Assembly: GCA_009786125.1 (NCBI GenBank)
Contig: WQTU01000139.1
Coordinates: 8,483 to 72,482, forward strand
DNA: 64,000 nt
Reading direction: 5' to 3'
From: Spirochaetota bacterium
GTDB taxonomy: Bacteria > Spirochaetota > Spirochaetia > CADAEX01
Every line of letters begins with the position of its first letter. The stretch's first letter is position 1. Position numbers and translations under genes: made by a program. A model generated the notes under the pieces. It saw only the letters and a program-made list of their open reading frames with translations, searched no databases and was not told where the DNA came from. Shown here one piece after another: positions 20,255-28,525 of this stretch.

Positions 20255-21379
20255 TTACTTCTCATACTTGCATTTTTTGCCGCATTTTTTTGAAAAACCA
20301 ACTTTTAGTGAAGTCGTAACCTGAAGGGGATAGCTAAATATCTCAACCATTTCGCCGCCGATTTTCGGATTACTTGTATTGCTTACAAGCGTATATTGCG
20401 TAAGATTATTCAATAAACGCGGGATATAACCCTCATTGTTTGCATTAAAAATATCGAGTATCAGCTTGATACCGATTGAAGTAGCAAAATTTATATCGAC
20501 TGATATACCAGGCTCAAACTTTACTCCTTCGGTATTTTCTTGATTTGAGTATACATGATGATTGGCCTCGGCTCTTGACGAAAGGCCGCTGCCATCGCCT
20601 AAAGCGCACTCATAACATGGCAAGCCTTTTCCATACAGGTGATAAAAAATCTCACCAGCAAAAGCCCTTTCCCAAAATCCTATAGAAACAAAAGAGGATT
20701 GATAGTATATGCTGATTCTATTTGTGTACACGTCCGCAATGCGGTTGTCAGCACAGCCGATAAAAACTGTGTTTCCAGCTACACAAAACGAATCCATAGT
20801 TTCTTTTGGCAAATTCTGTACGATGCCTTCAAAAGTAATTACCTCTGCACTTGGATTAATATTAAGAATCTTTCTTTTGAGAGCATATACTTTAAAATCA
20901 CCAACATCTTCTATTCCGCATTGATGGCGGCAAATATTATGATATTCTACTATATCTGCATCAACCAAAATAAAATGCTTTACTCCAGCCCGTGCCAACT
21001 CCAGGGCAACCAGGCTGCCGACAGAGCCGCAGCCTAATATTATTGCTTTTTTTTGGCACATTATATCAGATTCTAATATCCCCTTGTTACGTGAGAATAT
21101 ATTTTGATAGAGGCTGTATATTTCACATTTTATTTTTTTTCCATAACTATAAAAATCTATACCTGCACTTGTAATAACTCCACACAGCTTGTTCTTGTTA
21201 CAATTACTGCCTTTCGGTAACACTTTTCCTAGAAGCTCTCCTTTACTTTCCAGTTCGGGAGGAAATACATTATATATGGCAGATTCTTTGTAATACCTGC
21301 CATATATATTCCTTTCATTTTGAGTACTTGCCTGTATGTCTGATATGAATACCGTCTTTTCCATTTGTGGTTTTTTCAT
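20255..21379 (-). CDS. ThiF/MoeB/E1-like adenylyltransferase (ubiquitin-activating-enzyme-like)
   Basis: Rossmann nucleotide loop KKAIILGCGSVGSLVALELARAGVKHFILVDADIVEYHNICRHQ is present, with downstream CxxC (CYEC) and conserved Cys candidates. Confidence 0.8.
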   Translation of the reverse strand: MKKPQMEKTVFISDIQASTQNERNIYGRYYKESAIYNVFPPELESKGELLGKVLPKGSNCNKNKLCGVITSAGIDFYSYGKKIKCEIYSLYQNIFSRNKGILESDIMCQKKAIILGCGSVGSLVALELARAGVKHFILVDADIVEYHNICRHQCGIEDVGDFKVYALKRKILNINPSAEVITFEGIVQNLPKETMDSFCVAGNTVFIGCADNRIADVYTNRISIYYQSSFVSIGFWERAFAGEIFYHLYGKGLPCYECALGDGSGLSSRAEANHHVYSNQENTEGVKFEPGISVDINFATSIGIKLILDIFNANNEGYIPRLLNNLTQYTLVSNTSNPKIGGEMVEIFSYPLQVTTSLKVGFSKKCGKKCKYEK

Positions 21380-21381
21380 TC

Positions 21382-22368
21382 CTATAAATCCTTGTTTTCA
21401 TTTCCTATACCGAACGCACGCAGTAAACCAGACTTAAATGTGACATCTGCGGGGTTAAAGTCTGTTAATAAATTGGTGAATAGCCCTGGGGTATATAAAT
21501 AGCAATCATCGTCATGAGAAAAAACAATCTGCTTCTTATGTGCAACATATATAAAGTGAATCATTGTAACAATGTTACTTGACCCTTTATGAGATAAGCT
21601 TAAAACTCCCTTGTTTTGTTCAATTTTCAAAGCCAATTTTCGATTTTCAGAAAAATATGTTATATCGTCCAGCAAAGAATCAATTAAAAAATCTCGATAT
21701 TTTTCAGCCTCTTCTGGCTTGTAATCATCTTTAGACAGTGTAGTTTTCTGTAATTTTCCTTTGATGCTAACAAGTAAACGTAAAAAATCTATTTCCGGTT
21801 TGTCAAAGGTTTTATTTCCGGAATATAATTTGTCAGCGTAACTATTTATATATCCAAGTGATTTTTCCGCATTTCTTAACGCAAGTAAATGTTCAGGGAT
21901 TAAGTTATCACCCACTTTATAAGCGATTTTAGTATATTTAAGGGGCCATGCTACATGATATGGCGTAATGCGGAACTTTGGATCAATATTAACCAAAACA
22001 GAAACAGCGCCATTGGCAGACATTTTAGCATAATCAGAGTTAGTTCCATCGTCTGTGGAAGAAAACTCGTCAAAAGAACCCGGATGCCTGTGCCATAGCC
22101 CAATTAAAGTCAATTTTGCTTGATATATCTGTACTAATTTGTTTATTAAATGTTCTGTATATTTTTTATCGTACTCGAAGTATGCAACTTGAAAAATCGC
22201 CTTTGGGCCTGGGTCTATTGCTTCTATGACATACCAATTCCCATTCTCAAAGCAGCCTAAAAATATTCCGCCGGTTTCGGTTTTTATTTTTTCTGAGGTT
22301 TCCGAAATAACCGCCGTGTATGCGCGATTAGAAAAAATCACCTGCATAATTTTCCCCCGTTGATACAT
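21382..22368 (-). CDS. JAB/MPN (JAMM) metallo-isopeptidase-like protein with ~200-aa C-terminal extension
   Basis: Perfect JAMM motif H-x-H-x7-S-x2-D in LIGLWHRHPGSFDEFSSTDD, with an upstream conserved Glu (VIEAID). Confidence 0.8.
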   Translation of the reverse strand: MYQRGKIMQVIFSNRAYTAVISETSEKIKTETGGIFLGCFENGNWYVIEAIDPGPKAIFQVAYFEYDKKYTEHLINKLVQIYQAKLTLIGLWHRHPGSFDEFSSTDDGTNSDYAKMSANGAVSVLVNIDPKFRITPYHVAWPLKYTKIAYKVGDNLIPEHLLALRNAEKSLGYINSYADKLYSGNKTFDKPEIDFLRLLVSIKGKLQKTTLSKDDYKPEEAEKYRDFLIDSLLDDITYFSENRKLALKIEQNKGVLSLSHKGSSNIVTMIHFIYVAHKKQIVFSHDDDCYLYTPGLFTNLLTDFNPADVTFKSGLLRAFGIGNENKDL

Positions 22369-22431
22369 ATAAGATATGCAAGTCTAATAACAATCAAACC
22401 TGCATAACTATCCTCCGCATGTAAATTCAGA

Positions 22432-22674
22432 TCAAATAAATCGATCTCGATTCGCTAAACAAAAATTGACAAATGCATCTTTTTTAACAACAAGCTTCAC
22501 TGGAAATGGTAGCCCCTGGTAAACTAAAGAGAATATTGCTTCCACTGCTTTGTCATTTTCAGCTGCCGCTAAAGCAGCAGGCCCTACTTTCTCCTGAAAA
22601 ATCTTTTGTATCTGAGGCCAATGCTCCTCAATAGTTTTCTCGATCTGCTTATTCAGCACATTTCCTAAATCCAT
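22432..22674 (-). CDS. Hypothetical small protein (80 aa) between E2-like and JAB genes
   Basis: ORF with tight packing. Mostly helical with a C-terminal beta-like segment. No C-terminal Gly. Confidence 0.35.
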   Translation of the reverse strand: MDLGNVLNKQIEKTIEEHWPQIQKIFQEKVGPAALAAAENDKAVEAIFSLVYQGLPFPVKLVVKKDAFVNFCLANRDRFI

Positions 22675-22692
22675 ACACCCTCCTCTATAGTC

Positions 22693-23208
22693 TTAGTACA
22701 CACCTTCTATTGCTACTTCGTCACTTACCTCTCCGTTGATCCACATTTCACACAACATTATCCATTTGCACGCCCAACTTAGAGAGGAGGCGGCTGATGT
22801 AGAACGAGTCTGCGATGCTTTAAAATATTTGGGGTCGGCAGTACATATAAAATACTCTTCGTTACGTCCGAAGTTATCGCGGTAAATATGCGGAAGCCCC
22901 AAGCCCAAACCCTTTTCAGGCTTAATCGGTAATGTTTTCGCTATATCAACGAGACGCGGTTTAACGGGCAAAATTTGAATTGAGCCGCCATACATACCTT
23001 CTTCTGCCTGGGGATGGGTATTTTTATAAATCAACATCAAATCCCAAACCATTCCGCCTTTTCCGGTTGGCTGAACCTTTCCGCGCCAATATAGCCTTCC
23101 CGAACCATCTTCGAGTTTATAGAGCTTAAACGATGGGAAATATTTCCCCATTGCCATCTGTTCAGCCTCTAACAAATCAGGGTCACTCTGATACCAATAA
23201 AATCCCAT
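22693..23208 (-). CDS. UBC/E2-like ubiquitin-conjugating-enzyme-fold protein
   Basis: YWRGKVQPTGKGGMVWDLMLIYKNTHP resembles the E2 W.G.I.GP..TPYEGG.F.L.I.FP..YP layout. LPHIYRDNFGRNEEYFICTAD resembles HPNIY..G.ICLD, with a candidate catalytic Cys. A strong RBS (AAGGAGG) precedes the start. Confidence 0.55.
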   Translation of the reverse strand: MGFYWYQSDPDLLEAEQMAMGKYFPSFKLYKLEDGSGRLYWRGKVQPTGKGGMVWDLMLIYKNTHPQAEEGMYGGSIQILPVKPRLVDIAKTLPIKPEKGLGLGLPHIYRDNFGRNEEYFICTADPKYFKASQTRSTSAASSLSWACKWIMLCEMWINGEVSDEVAIEGVY

Positions 23209-23209
23209 T

Positions 23210-23392
23210 TTAACCCCTCCTTGCCAATTTTCCGTCAGGCACCTGAATGGCTGTGTGCCCCTGTTCTTCTGCTTCGCTTTGAAATTCTACTTCACCGGAA
23301 GGGGTGACAACTACATCTTCTCCTCCGCGCAAGGCTGCTGCTAACGCACGGCGTCTTGCTGCGACAGCATCCTCATCCGCATTATTATTCAT
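23210..23392 (-). CDS. Small low-complexity protein (60 aa) ending in Gly; candidate Pup/Ubl-like modifier
   Basis: MNNNADEDAVAARRRALAAALRGG...GKLARRG-stop sits 1 nt upstream of the E2-like start. It is GC-richer than its surroundings. The C-terminal codons overlap the E2 RBS. Confidence 0.3.
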   Translation of the reverse strand: MNNNADEDAVAARRRALAAALRGGEDVVVTPSGEVEFQSEAEEQGHTAIQVPDGKLARRG

Positions 23393-23449
23393 ATTGAACC
23401 TCCTAAAATACTATATTGATGAATCAGTTACTGCTGAATAATTTCTTAA

Positions 23450-23680
23450 CTAGTTGTTGTTACCAGAAGTAACTATTACATCCGAATTATCATACTTTGC
23501 AGCTATTAAATCATTACGTCTTTTTGTAATAATAGCGGTATTAACTTCTGTTATGCGAATGCAATCAGTGAGAACATCAGAAGTAATACCCTCTTTTTTA
23601 TATGACAAGGAATCCTCTTTGATGTTTCCGATGATTTTTACAAGCAGCGACTTTTTCTTTTTTTTGATAACACCACCCAT
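23450..23680 (-). CDS. Small protein (76 aa), candidate beta-grasp/YukD-like ubiquitin-like protein
   Basis: Ubiquitin-sized. Hydrophobic periodicity is consistent with beta strands (SLLVKIIGNI, VLTDCIRITEV, SDVIVTSG). It ends ..TSGNNN. It lies 12 nt after the upstream gene. Confidence 0.3.
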   Translation of the reverse strand: MGGVIKKKKKSLLVKIIGNIKEDSLSYKKEGITSDVLTDCIRITEVNTAIITKRRNDLIAAKYDNSDVIVTSGNNN

Positions 23681-23692
23681 ACAAACTCTTGG

Positions 23693-24622
23693 TTATGCTG
23701 TCGCTCTTTCTCTAGGTTTTTTATCAAAATTTCTGATAATTTCACCATTAGCAGAAATAGTAACCACACTCTCGCGTAATCCTGCTTGAGCCGCTTTCTC
23801 GCCATTCTTAAGAACAGATTGAGCGTATGTATTGTCAAATAATTCGCTGCCTTGCTCGGCCAGCTTAGCCAAATCAACGCCCTTATTATTTTCCATAGCT
23901 AAGGTATATGCAAAATAGTCTCTCATTCGCCGAAGAGCATTTTCATCGCTTGCAATAATCTCATCACATTTCTTTATCTGCCTAAACCGCTTGATGAAAC
24001 GATATATGGTAATAATTGGACTTACAACAGCTAAAAAAAACCCAGAAATAATTCCCAAAAGAAAACCTCCCCCTATATCGCCATCGCGCCCCTTCGCACC
24101 TCCAAAGAAAGCACCTATCATTAATTTAACTATAGTTCCTAATGAAGCGCCAATGAAAACCAAAAAAATAGTGGCAAACACCATATCCTCGGGGAAATCT
24201 GAACCAGCAGTCAAACCTAAGCCAACAATCAAACCTAAAACAGCACCAACAACCATCCATATACGTTCTTTTTTTACTTGCTTCCTGAAAGCCGTAACAT
24301 TATCAATATTTTCCTGTACTAAAATAGCGGTGCATTTATAACACAAAGCAGTTCCAGCATAGTCACCGATACTTACGCCATATGTATCATAACAATCTCG
24401 ACAAATACCTGTTCCACATCCCCTGCATAATGCTGCTGCTTGTTTTGACGGATGGTGACCACACTCAATACCTGCTTCCAATACACACTCGCGGCATAAA
24501 CCTGCATATTTATTACCAGGTTTGCTAAAAAGATTAACACAATTTCTACAAATCCCCTTTCCGCATCTTTTGCATTGCGCTACTGCTTGTTCGTCTTCAT
24601 GAAAATAACATCCAATTGCCAT
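23693..24622 (-). CDS. Membrane protein with N-terminal tandem zinc-ribbon/B-box-like Cys clusters
   Basis: Cys clusters C-x2-H-x8-C-x2-C-x4-C-x2-C and C-x2-C-x7-C-HH-x9-C-x2-C-x4-C-x2-C are followed by 3-4 Gly-rich TM helices and a ~110-aa C-terminal domain. Confidence 0.6.
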   Translation of the reverse strand: MAIGCYFHEDEQAVAQCKRCGKGICRNCVNLFSKPGNKYAGLCRECVLEAGIECGHHPSKQAAALCRGCGTGICRDCYDTYGVSIGDYAGTALCYKCTAILVQENIDNVTAFRKQVKKERIWMVVGAVLGLIVGLGLTAGSDFPEDMVFATIFLVFIGASLGTIVKLMIGAFFGGAKGRDGDIGGGFLLGIISGFFLAVVSPIITIYRFIKRFRQIKKCDEIIASDENALRRMRDYFAYTLAMENNKGVDLAKLAEQGSELFDNTYAQSVLKNGEKAAQAGLRESVVTISANGEIIRNFDKKPRERATA

Positions 24623-24702
24623 TCTAATTTCCTCCTCAATTTCCTTGTGTGTTTATATCTAATGGTTATTGAACCGTATAGACCAAATTTATTTCCCGCA
24701 TT

Positions 24703-24975
24703 CTAAAATTTAACACGGCTGTATGAATCCAGTGATTCTGCCAATCTGTTCAGTTTTGGTTGCGCTGCTTCAAGCGGACCAATAGGCGATTCAATTAAAG
24801 CCGCAATTTTCACCATTAGATTACGGTATTGCTCTCCCTGATAGTCATTCCATTCAGCCGACTGTTGTGATGTCTGTCGGACATCTCTTACGGCTTTTGC
24901 CAGCTCTTTAATGATCGCACCAATATCAGCATTAATTTTACGAATTGCCTCTGAATTTGCTTTGACATTTGACAC
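24703..24975 (-). CDS. WXG100-like small helical-hairpin protein (paralog 1)
   Basis: 90 aa. Central ..AEWNDYQGEQYRNL.. Starts xxVxxxSEAIRK like its paralogs. Confidence 0.45.
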   Translation of the reverse strand: MSNVKANSEAIRKINADIGAIIKELAKAVRDVRQTSQQSAEWNDYQGEQYRNLMVKIAALIESPIGPLEAAQPKLNRLAESLDSYSRVKF

Positions 24976-24989
24976 AATATTCTCCTTTT

Positions 24990-25265
24990 CTATAAGTTGA
25001 CTTTTTCGTATTCTTCAAGCGTTTTGTAGATTTCAACCAGTTTCTCAAGGATCTCAAATAAAGCATCCTTTGGTTCCCGCAATTTATCTGTACACTCTTT
25101 CACGATAATTCCGAGCTGATTATATTTTTGATCTCTCCATCCTTGCCCTGCATCTTTGTAGCTTTGGTCCAACCTTAATGTTGACTTGCTTAAGTCCTGT
25201 ATAACTTCATTGCATATTTTTTCCGCTTTTCTTATAGCTTCTTTTCCGACTGAAACCTGTGCCAT
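24990..25265 (-). CDS. WXG100-like small helical-hairpin protein (paralog 2)
   Basis: 91 aa. Central ..GQGWRDQKYNQL.. N-terminal KEAIRKAEKI parallels paralog 1. Confidence 0.45.
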   Translation of the reverse strand: MAQVSVGKEAIRKAEKICNEVIQDLSKSTLRLDQSYKDAGQGWRDQKYNQLGIIVKECTDKLREPKDALFEILEKLVEIYKTLEEYEKVNL

Positions 25266-25286
25266 ACAAATTCTCCTTTAAAACTC

Positions 25287-26036
25287 CTAGAAATTCTCAC
25301 TTAAATACTTATCAACTGCAGCAATACATTTCTCAATATTGCCTACATTTTGTTCCGTGCCTGAAACTGCCTGTGTTTCAAATGATTTTGAAGCAGATAA
25401 CATTGTGTTTATATTGTCATTCATTTTTGCAAGGGAAGCATTCATTCTTTCCTGCTTATTTCTCAATCTGTCTAAAAACCTTTCAGTTGTGCGAAGTTCA
25501 TCTTCCTTTTTCGCTTTTTCGGCTTGTATCACATGTACTTTTTGTTGTAATTGTAAACCGCACTCTTTTAATTTGAATAATTCATTTTCTGAACTTCTGA
25601 TTTCAGACTCTGTTTGATATAATTGATTCCTTCTATCATCGATTTGCTTTTGGATTTTCTCTTTTACCTCGCCTTCTGCTCTTGCAGCGGCTTGTTCCAT
25701 TTCCGAAATTTGCTTCTTAATGTGCATAGCGTTTGTCTGATTAGCCGTTAAATCGTTTTGTGCTGATACCAGTTTTTGTTCTGTCGATTTTATTTCGTTA
25801 TTCATTTGATTTATTGTATCGGCAAGTCTATTTATTTCTGCTTTGTACTGATTAATTCTATTTGTTGTCTCCTCAATTTTTTGCTTGATTTTCTGCATTT
25901 CTAAGTCTGCGGATTTGGAAACAACAGATATTTGTTGCCCTATTCTTGTTGAAAAGCCCGAAATATCAATATAGTAATCATTAAGTGCGGCTTTTACTTT
26001 TGTAAGAGCGTCTTTTGAAACGCTAATTTCGGACAT
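25287..26036 (-). CDS. Coiled-coil protein (249 aa) with N-terminal WXG/LXG-like helical region
   Basis: Extended heptad-like Q/E/K-rich sequence. The N-terminus MSEISVSKDALTKVKAALNDYY resembles its small neighbours. Confidence 0.4.
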   Translation of the reverse strand: MSEISVSKDALTKVKAALNDYYIDISGFSTRIGQQISVVSKSADLEMQKIKQKIEETTNRINQYKAEINRLADTINQMNNEIKSTEQKLVSAQNDLTANQTNAMHIKKQISEMEQAAARAEGEVKEKIQKQIDDRRNQLYQTESEIRSSENELFKLKECGLQLQQKVHVIQAEKAKKEDELRTTERFLDRLRNKQERMNASLAKMNDNINTMLSASKSFETQAVSGTEQNVGNIEKCIAAVDKYLSENF

Positions 26037-26038
26037 AG

Positions 26039-26275
26039 TTAAACTTCCTCTGCCGCTATGGCAAAAAATTTATCTATTCCGGAACAAGCTCTTTCGCCGC
26101 TCTCTATAACGGTTTTTGATGTTTTTGCCAACTCGCCAATCCGTGCCTGCAGCGAAGCATAATTGCCATCGTTCCATATATCCCCAACTCTGTTGATTTT
26201 TTCACTTACTTTTCCGGTTGACAGTTTGAAAGCATCAAGCTCCTTTTTTATAGCTGAAGCGTGGTTAATTACCAT
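26039..26275 (-). CDS. WXG100-like small helical-hairpin protein (paralog 3)
   Basis: 78 aa. Central ..GDIWNDGNYASLQARIGEL.. (W-N-D-G). Confidence 0.45.
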   Translation of the reverse strand: MVINHASAIKKELDAFKLSTGKVSEKINRVGDIWNDGNYASLQARIGELAKTSKTVIESGERACSGIDKFFAIAAEEV

Positions 26276-26480
26276 CTGGTAACCTGCCTTTATCTACAGG
26301 AACACCATTTACTGGGAATTCATAAGCATCCTTGATCAATTCTTGGTCATTTATCTCTTCTAGCATGTGTTGAGCTAAAGCAAAGAACCCTTCTTTTAGC
26401 GACTTTGGGAGCACGTTATATTGTGACCAAAGCAAGGAAAACCGTGCTTTGGGAGATAAATTCGATAAATTTTGCATCAT
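26265..26480 (-). CDS. Hypothetical small protein (71 aa), first gene of the operon
   Basis: ORF with an 11-nt overlap with the next gene. A divergent promoter region lies upstream. Confidence 0.3.
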   Translation of the reverse strand: MMQNLSNLSPKARFSLLWSQYNVLPKSLKEGFFALAQHMLEEINDQELIKDAYEFPVNGVPVDKGRLPDGN

Positions 26481-26582
26481 ACACTCAGTTGTTAAGCGAT
26501 TATATACTAAAATATTAAGTGCTGTAAAGATAGATTTGAATAATTCTTGTTATTTATCCGAAATCTTGCTAACTTATAAAGT

Positions 26583-26933
26583 ATGCTAGATCCGGCTATT
26601 CCTACTGTGAATGAAAGAATCCGACAGGTTCGTTCTGTTTTAGGGCTATCTCAGGTTAAATTTTCTTCAATTATAGCTCTGTCTAGCGGTTATATAGCTG
26701 GAGTAGAGACAGGTCGAATTTCTGTAAATAGCAGAATGATAAAACTGATATGTTCCTCCTTTAGGGTAAATGAATCTTGGCTGAGACATGGTGAAGGAGA
26801 GATGTTTTCAGAAGATATTATTGAAGATAAGCAGTTCAATAACCTGGTTAATACAGTACGGGCTCTGCCTCCAAAATATCAAGAGTTTCTATTCGAGGTT
26901 TTGGATATGCTGGTAAAACTGAAGGATAAATAA
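26583..26933 (+). CDS. XRE/Cro-C1-type HTH transcriptional regulator, divergent from the operon
   Basis: HTH ERIRQVRSVLGLSQVKFSSIIALSSGYIAGVETGRIS is present. A 102-bp shared intergenic region separates it from the 26480 operon start. Confidence 0.7.
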   Translation: MLDPAIPTVNERIRQVRSVLGLSQVKFSSIIALSSGYIAGVETGRISVNSRMIKLICSSFRVNESWLRHGEGEMFSEDIIEDKQFNNLVNTVRALPPKYQEFLFEVLDMLVKLKDK

Positions 26934-27174
26934 CTTCATTAACCGCTTCTACTGTTAAAAGAAGCCGTGGCTTTACCGGTTCTTCTGCCCGGGCAGAGAA
27001 TGTAAAAATAATAACAAAGACAATTAAAAAGAGAAAACGAGAATTGGATATATATTCATAAAAGCATCGTATCAGATTAAAAAAACAGGATTTTTTACAA
27101 AAAGCGGAAAAAATTGAATCGAAAATCAAAAACAGACAGTTTCCTTATGCAGCACAGCATAAAGGAGAAGTTTC

Positions 27175-28248
27175 ATGAAGAGTTTTTTAAGAGCATCGGT
27201 TTTTATTTTATCGGTTTTACTACTCACATCATTTTCAAAGTGTTCTTTTTTTCCTGAAGAGGGACAACCGAAAGAACTGGTGATTGTCTCGTACAATGTT
27301 TTTAATCTTTTTGATGATGTAAGAAACGGGACAGAGTATCCGGAGTTTGACCCTACGAACGGGATGTGGACATCTTCGATGTATAGGCAGCGCCTGCAAA
27401 ATACGGCAAAAGTTATTGCCGCGACAGCGCCCGGCCGCGGACCGGATATAATCTGCCTTCAAGAAATTGAAAACAGAAAGGTTCTGCGAGACCTTGCGAC
27501 AATATGGCTTAAGAATTATTCGTATCAATATTATGTATCTGCAGATAACGAAAGAAGCGCGATAACAACAGGAATAATAAGCAGGTATCCAATAAAAAGA
27601 ACGCTGAATCATTCTTTGTTTTTGGATGATTTTACTAACCTCAGAATTATCACAGAAACTGTTATTGAGATAGGCGATACTGATTTTTACATATTTAACT
27701 CTCATTTGAAATCAAAACTTGGGGGTGTTGAATTTACAGAGGCTGCGCGGATAAAAGCTGCGGAAGCTATAGCCGCAAGATGCAGGGAAATATACCGCGA
27801 AAATCCGCGGGCAAAAATAATTGTAACAGGAGACTTGAATGTAAACATAGATGAGTATATCCGGCAAGAGAGGCGCTATTTGACGGCAATAATGCCGTTG
27901 GACGAAATGTGTATATTTGCCGGCGAAGATGTTCTGGTTGTAACGAGGAACAGACATGAGGCTGTTTTGGCTGGAGATTCTGTTGTTTTTTATTCTCCCT
28001 GGTACAGGTGGTTTGACGAGGGGAATGAGGTTGGGAGTTTTATGTTCAGAGGCAGTTGGCAGACTCTGGATCATTTTCTTTTGACCGCACCGTTTTTTAA
28101 TGGAAGAAAATGGGAATATTCCGGGTTTAGGGTATTAAATAATCCGGAACTTGCCTGTTCGCTTGGTTATCCGCGCAGGTGGAACAACAGAATGCAGAGC
28201 GGCTATTCAGACCATTTTCCCATAGTGCTTTATTTAACCAGAAACTGA
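27175..28248 (+). CDS. Secreted endonuclease/exonuclease/phosphatase (EEP) family protein
   Basis: Signal peptide, then VIVSYNVFNLFDD ... DIICLQEIEN, typical of the EEP fold. Confidence 0.7.
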   Translation: MKSFLRASVFILSVLLLTSFSKCSFFPEEGQPKELVIVSYNVFNLFDDVRNGTEYPEFDPTNGMWTSSMYRQRLQNTAKVIAATAPGRGPDIICLQEIENRKVLRDLATIWLKNYSYQYYVSADNERSAITTGIISRYPIKRTLNHSLFLDDFTNLRIITETVIEIGDTDFYIFNSHLKSKLGGVEFTEAARIKAAEAIAARCREIYRENPRAKIIVTGDLNVNIDEYIRQERRYLTAIMPLDEMCIFAGEDVLVVTRNRHEAVLAGDSVVFYSPWYRWFDEGNEVGSFMFRGSWQTLDHFLLTAPFFNGRKWEYSGFRVLNNPELACSLGYPRRWNNRMQSGYSDHFPIVLYLTRN

Positions 28249-28249
28249 C

Positions 28250-28420
28250 CAATGGCCGGGAATTTTCCGCCGAGCCACGGAGTGGCGAAGGTTCCCCTCC
28301 GGCAAAGTGCCAATGTGCTGCCTTTACCCGTCGGCTTCGCCGCCATTCCGGAGTTTATCCCAGAGCCTGCCCCCGTTGAAAAACTGGGAAAATCGGGACC
28401 AGCGAAGGGGACTTTTGGGA
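28250..28420. repeat. GC-rich intergenic element (R4-type), related to 29820-29945
   Basis: A GC-rich block in AT-rich context. It shares ggttcccc(t/g)ccgg(c)aaag-like segments with 29880-29940. Confidence 0.5.
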
Positions 28421-28525
28421 AATATCAGACGTTGGTTGAGAAAGGTACGATATTTAGTACAAAATATTGACTATACCGCATTATGTGGTATAGTTACAAT
28501 ATATCCAATATTTTAGAGGAATATT

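Noticed and set aside
23991-24341. 116-aa Pro/Lys-rich plus-strand ORF
   Set aside because: It lies antisense to the Gly-rich TM region of the zinc-ribbon membrane protein. The composition reflects the complement of GGx codons.
26848-27129. 93-aa minus-strand ORF overlapping the end of the XRE regulator gene
   Set aside because: It overlaps the 3-prime end of a well-supported HTH gene on the opposite strand and has no supporting motif.
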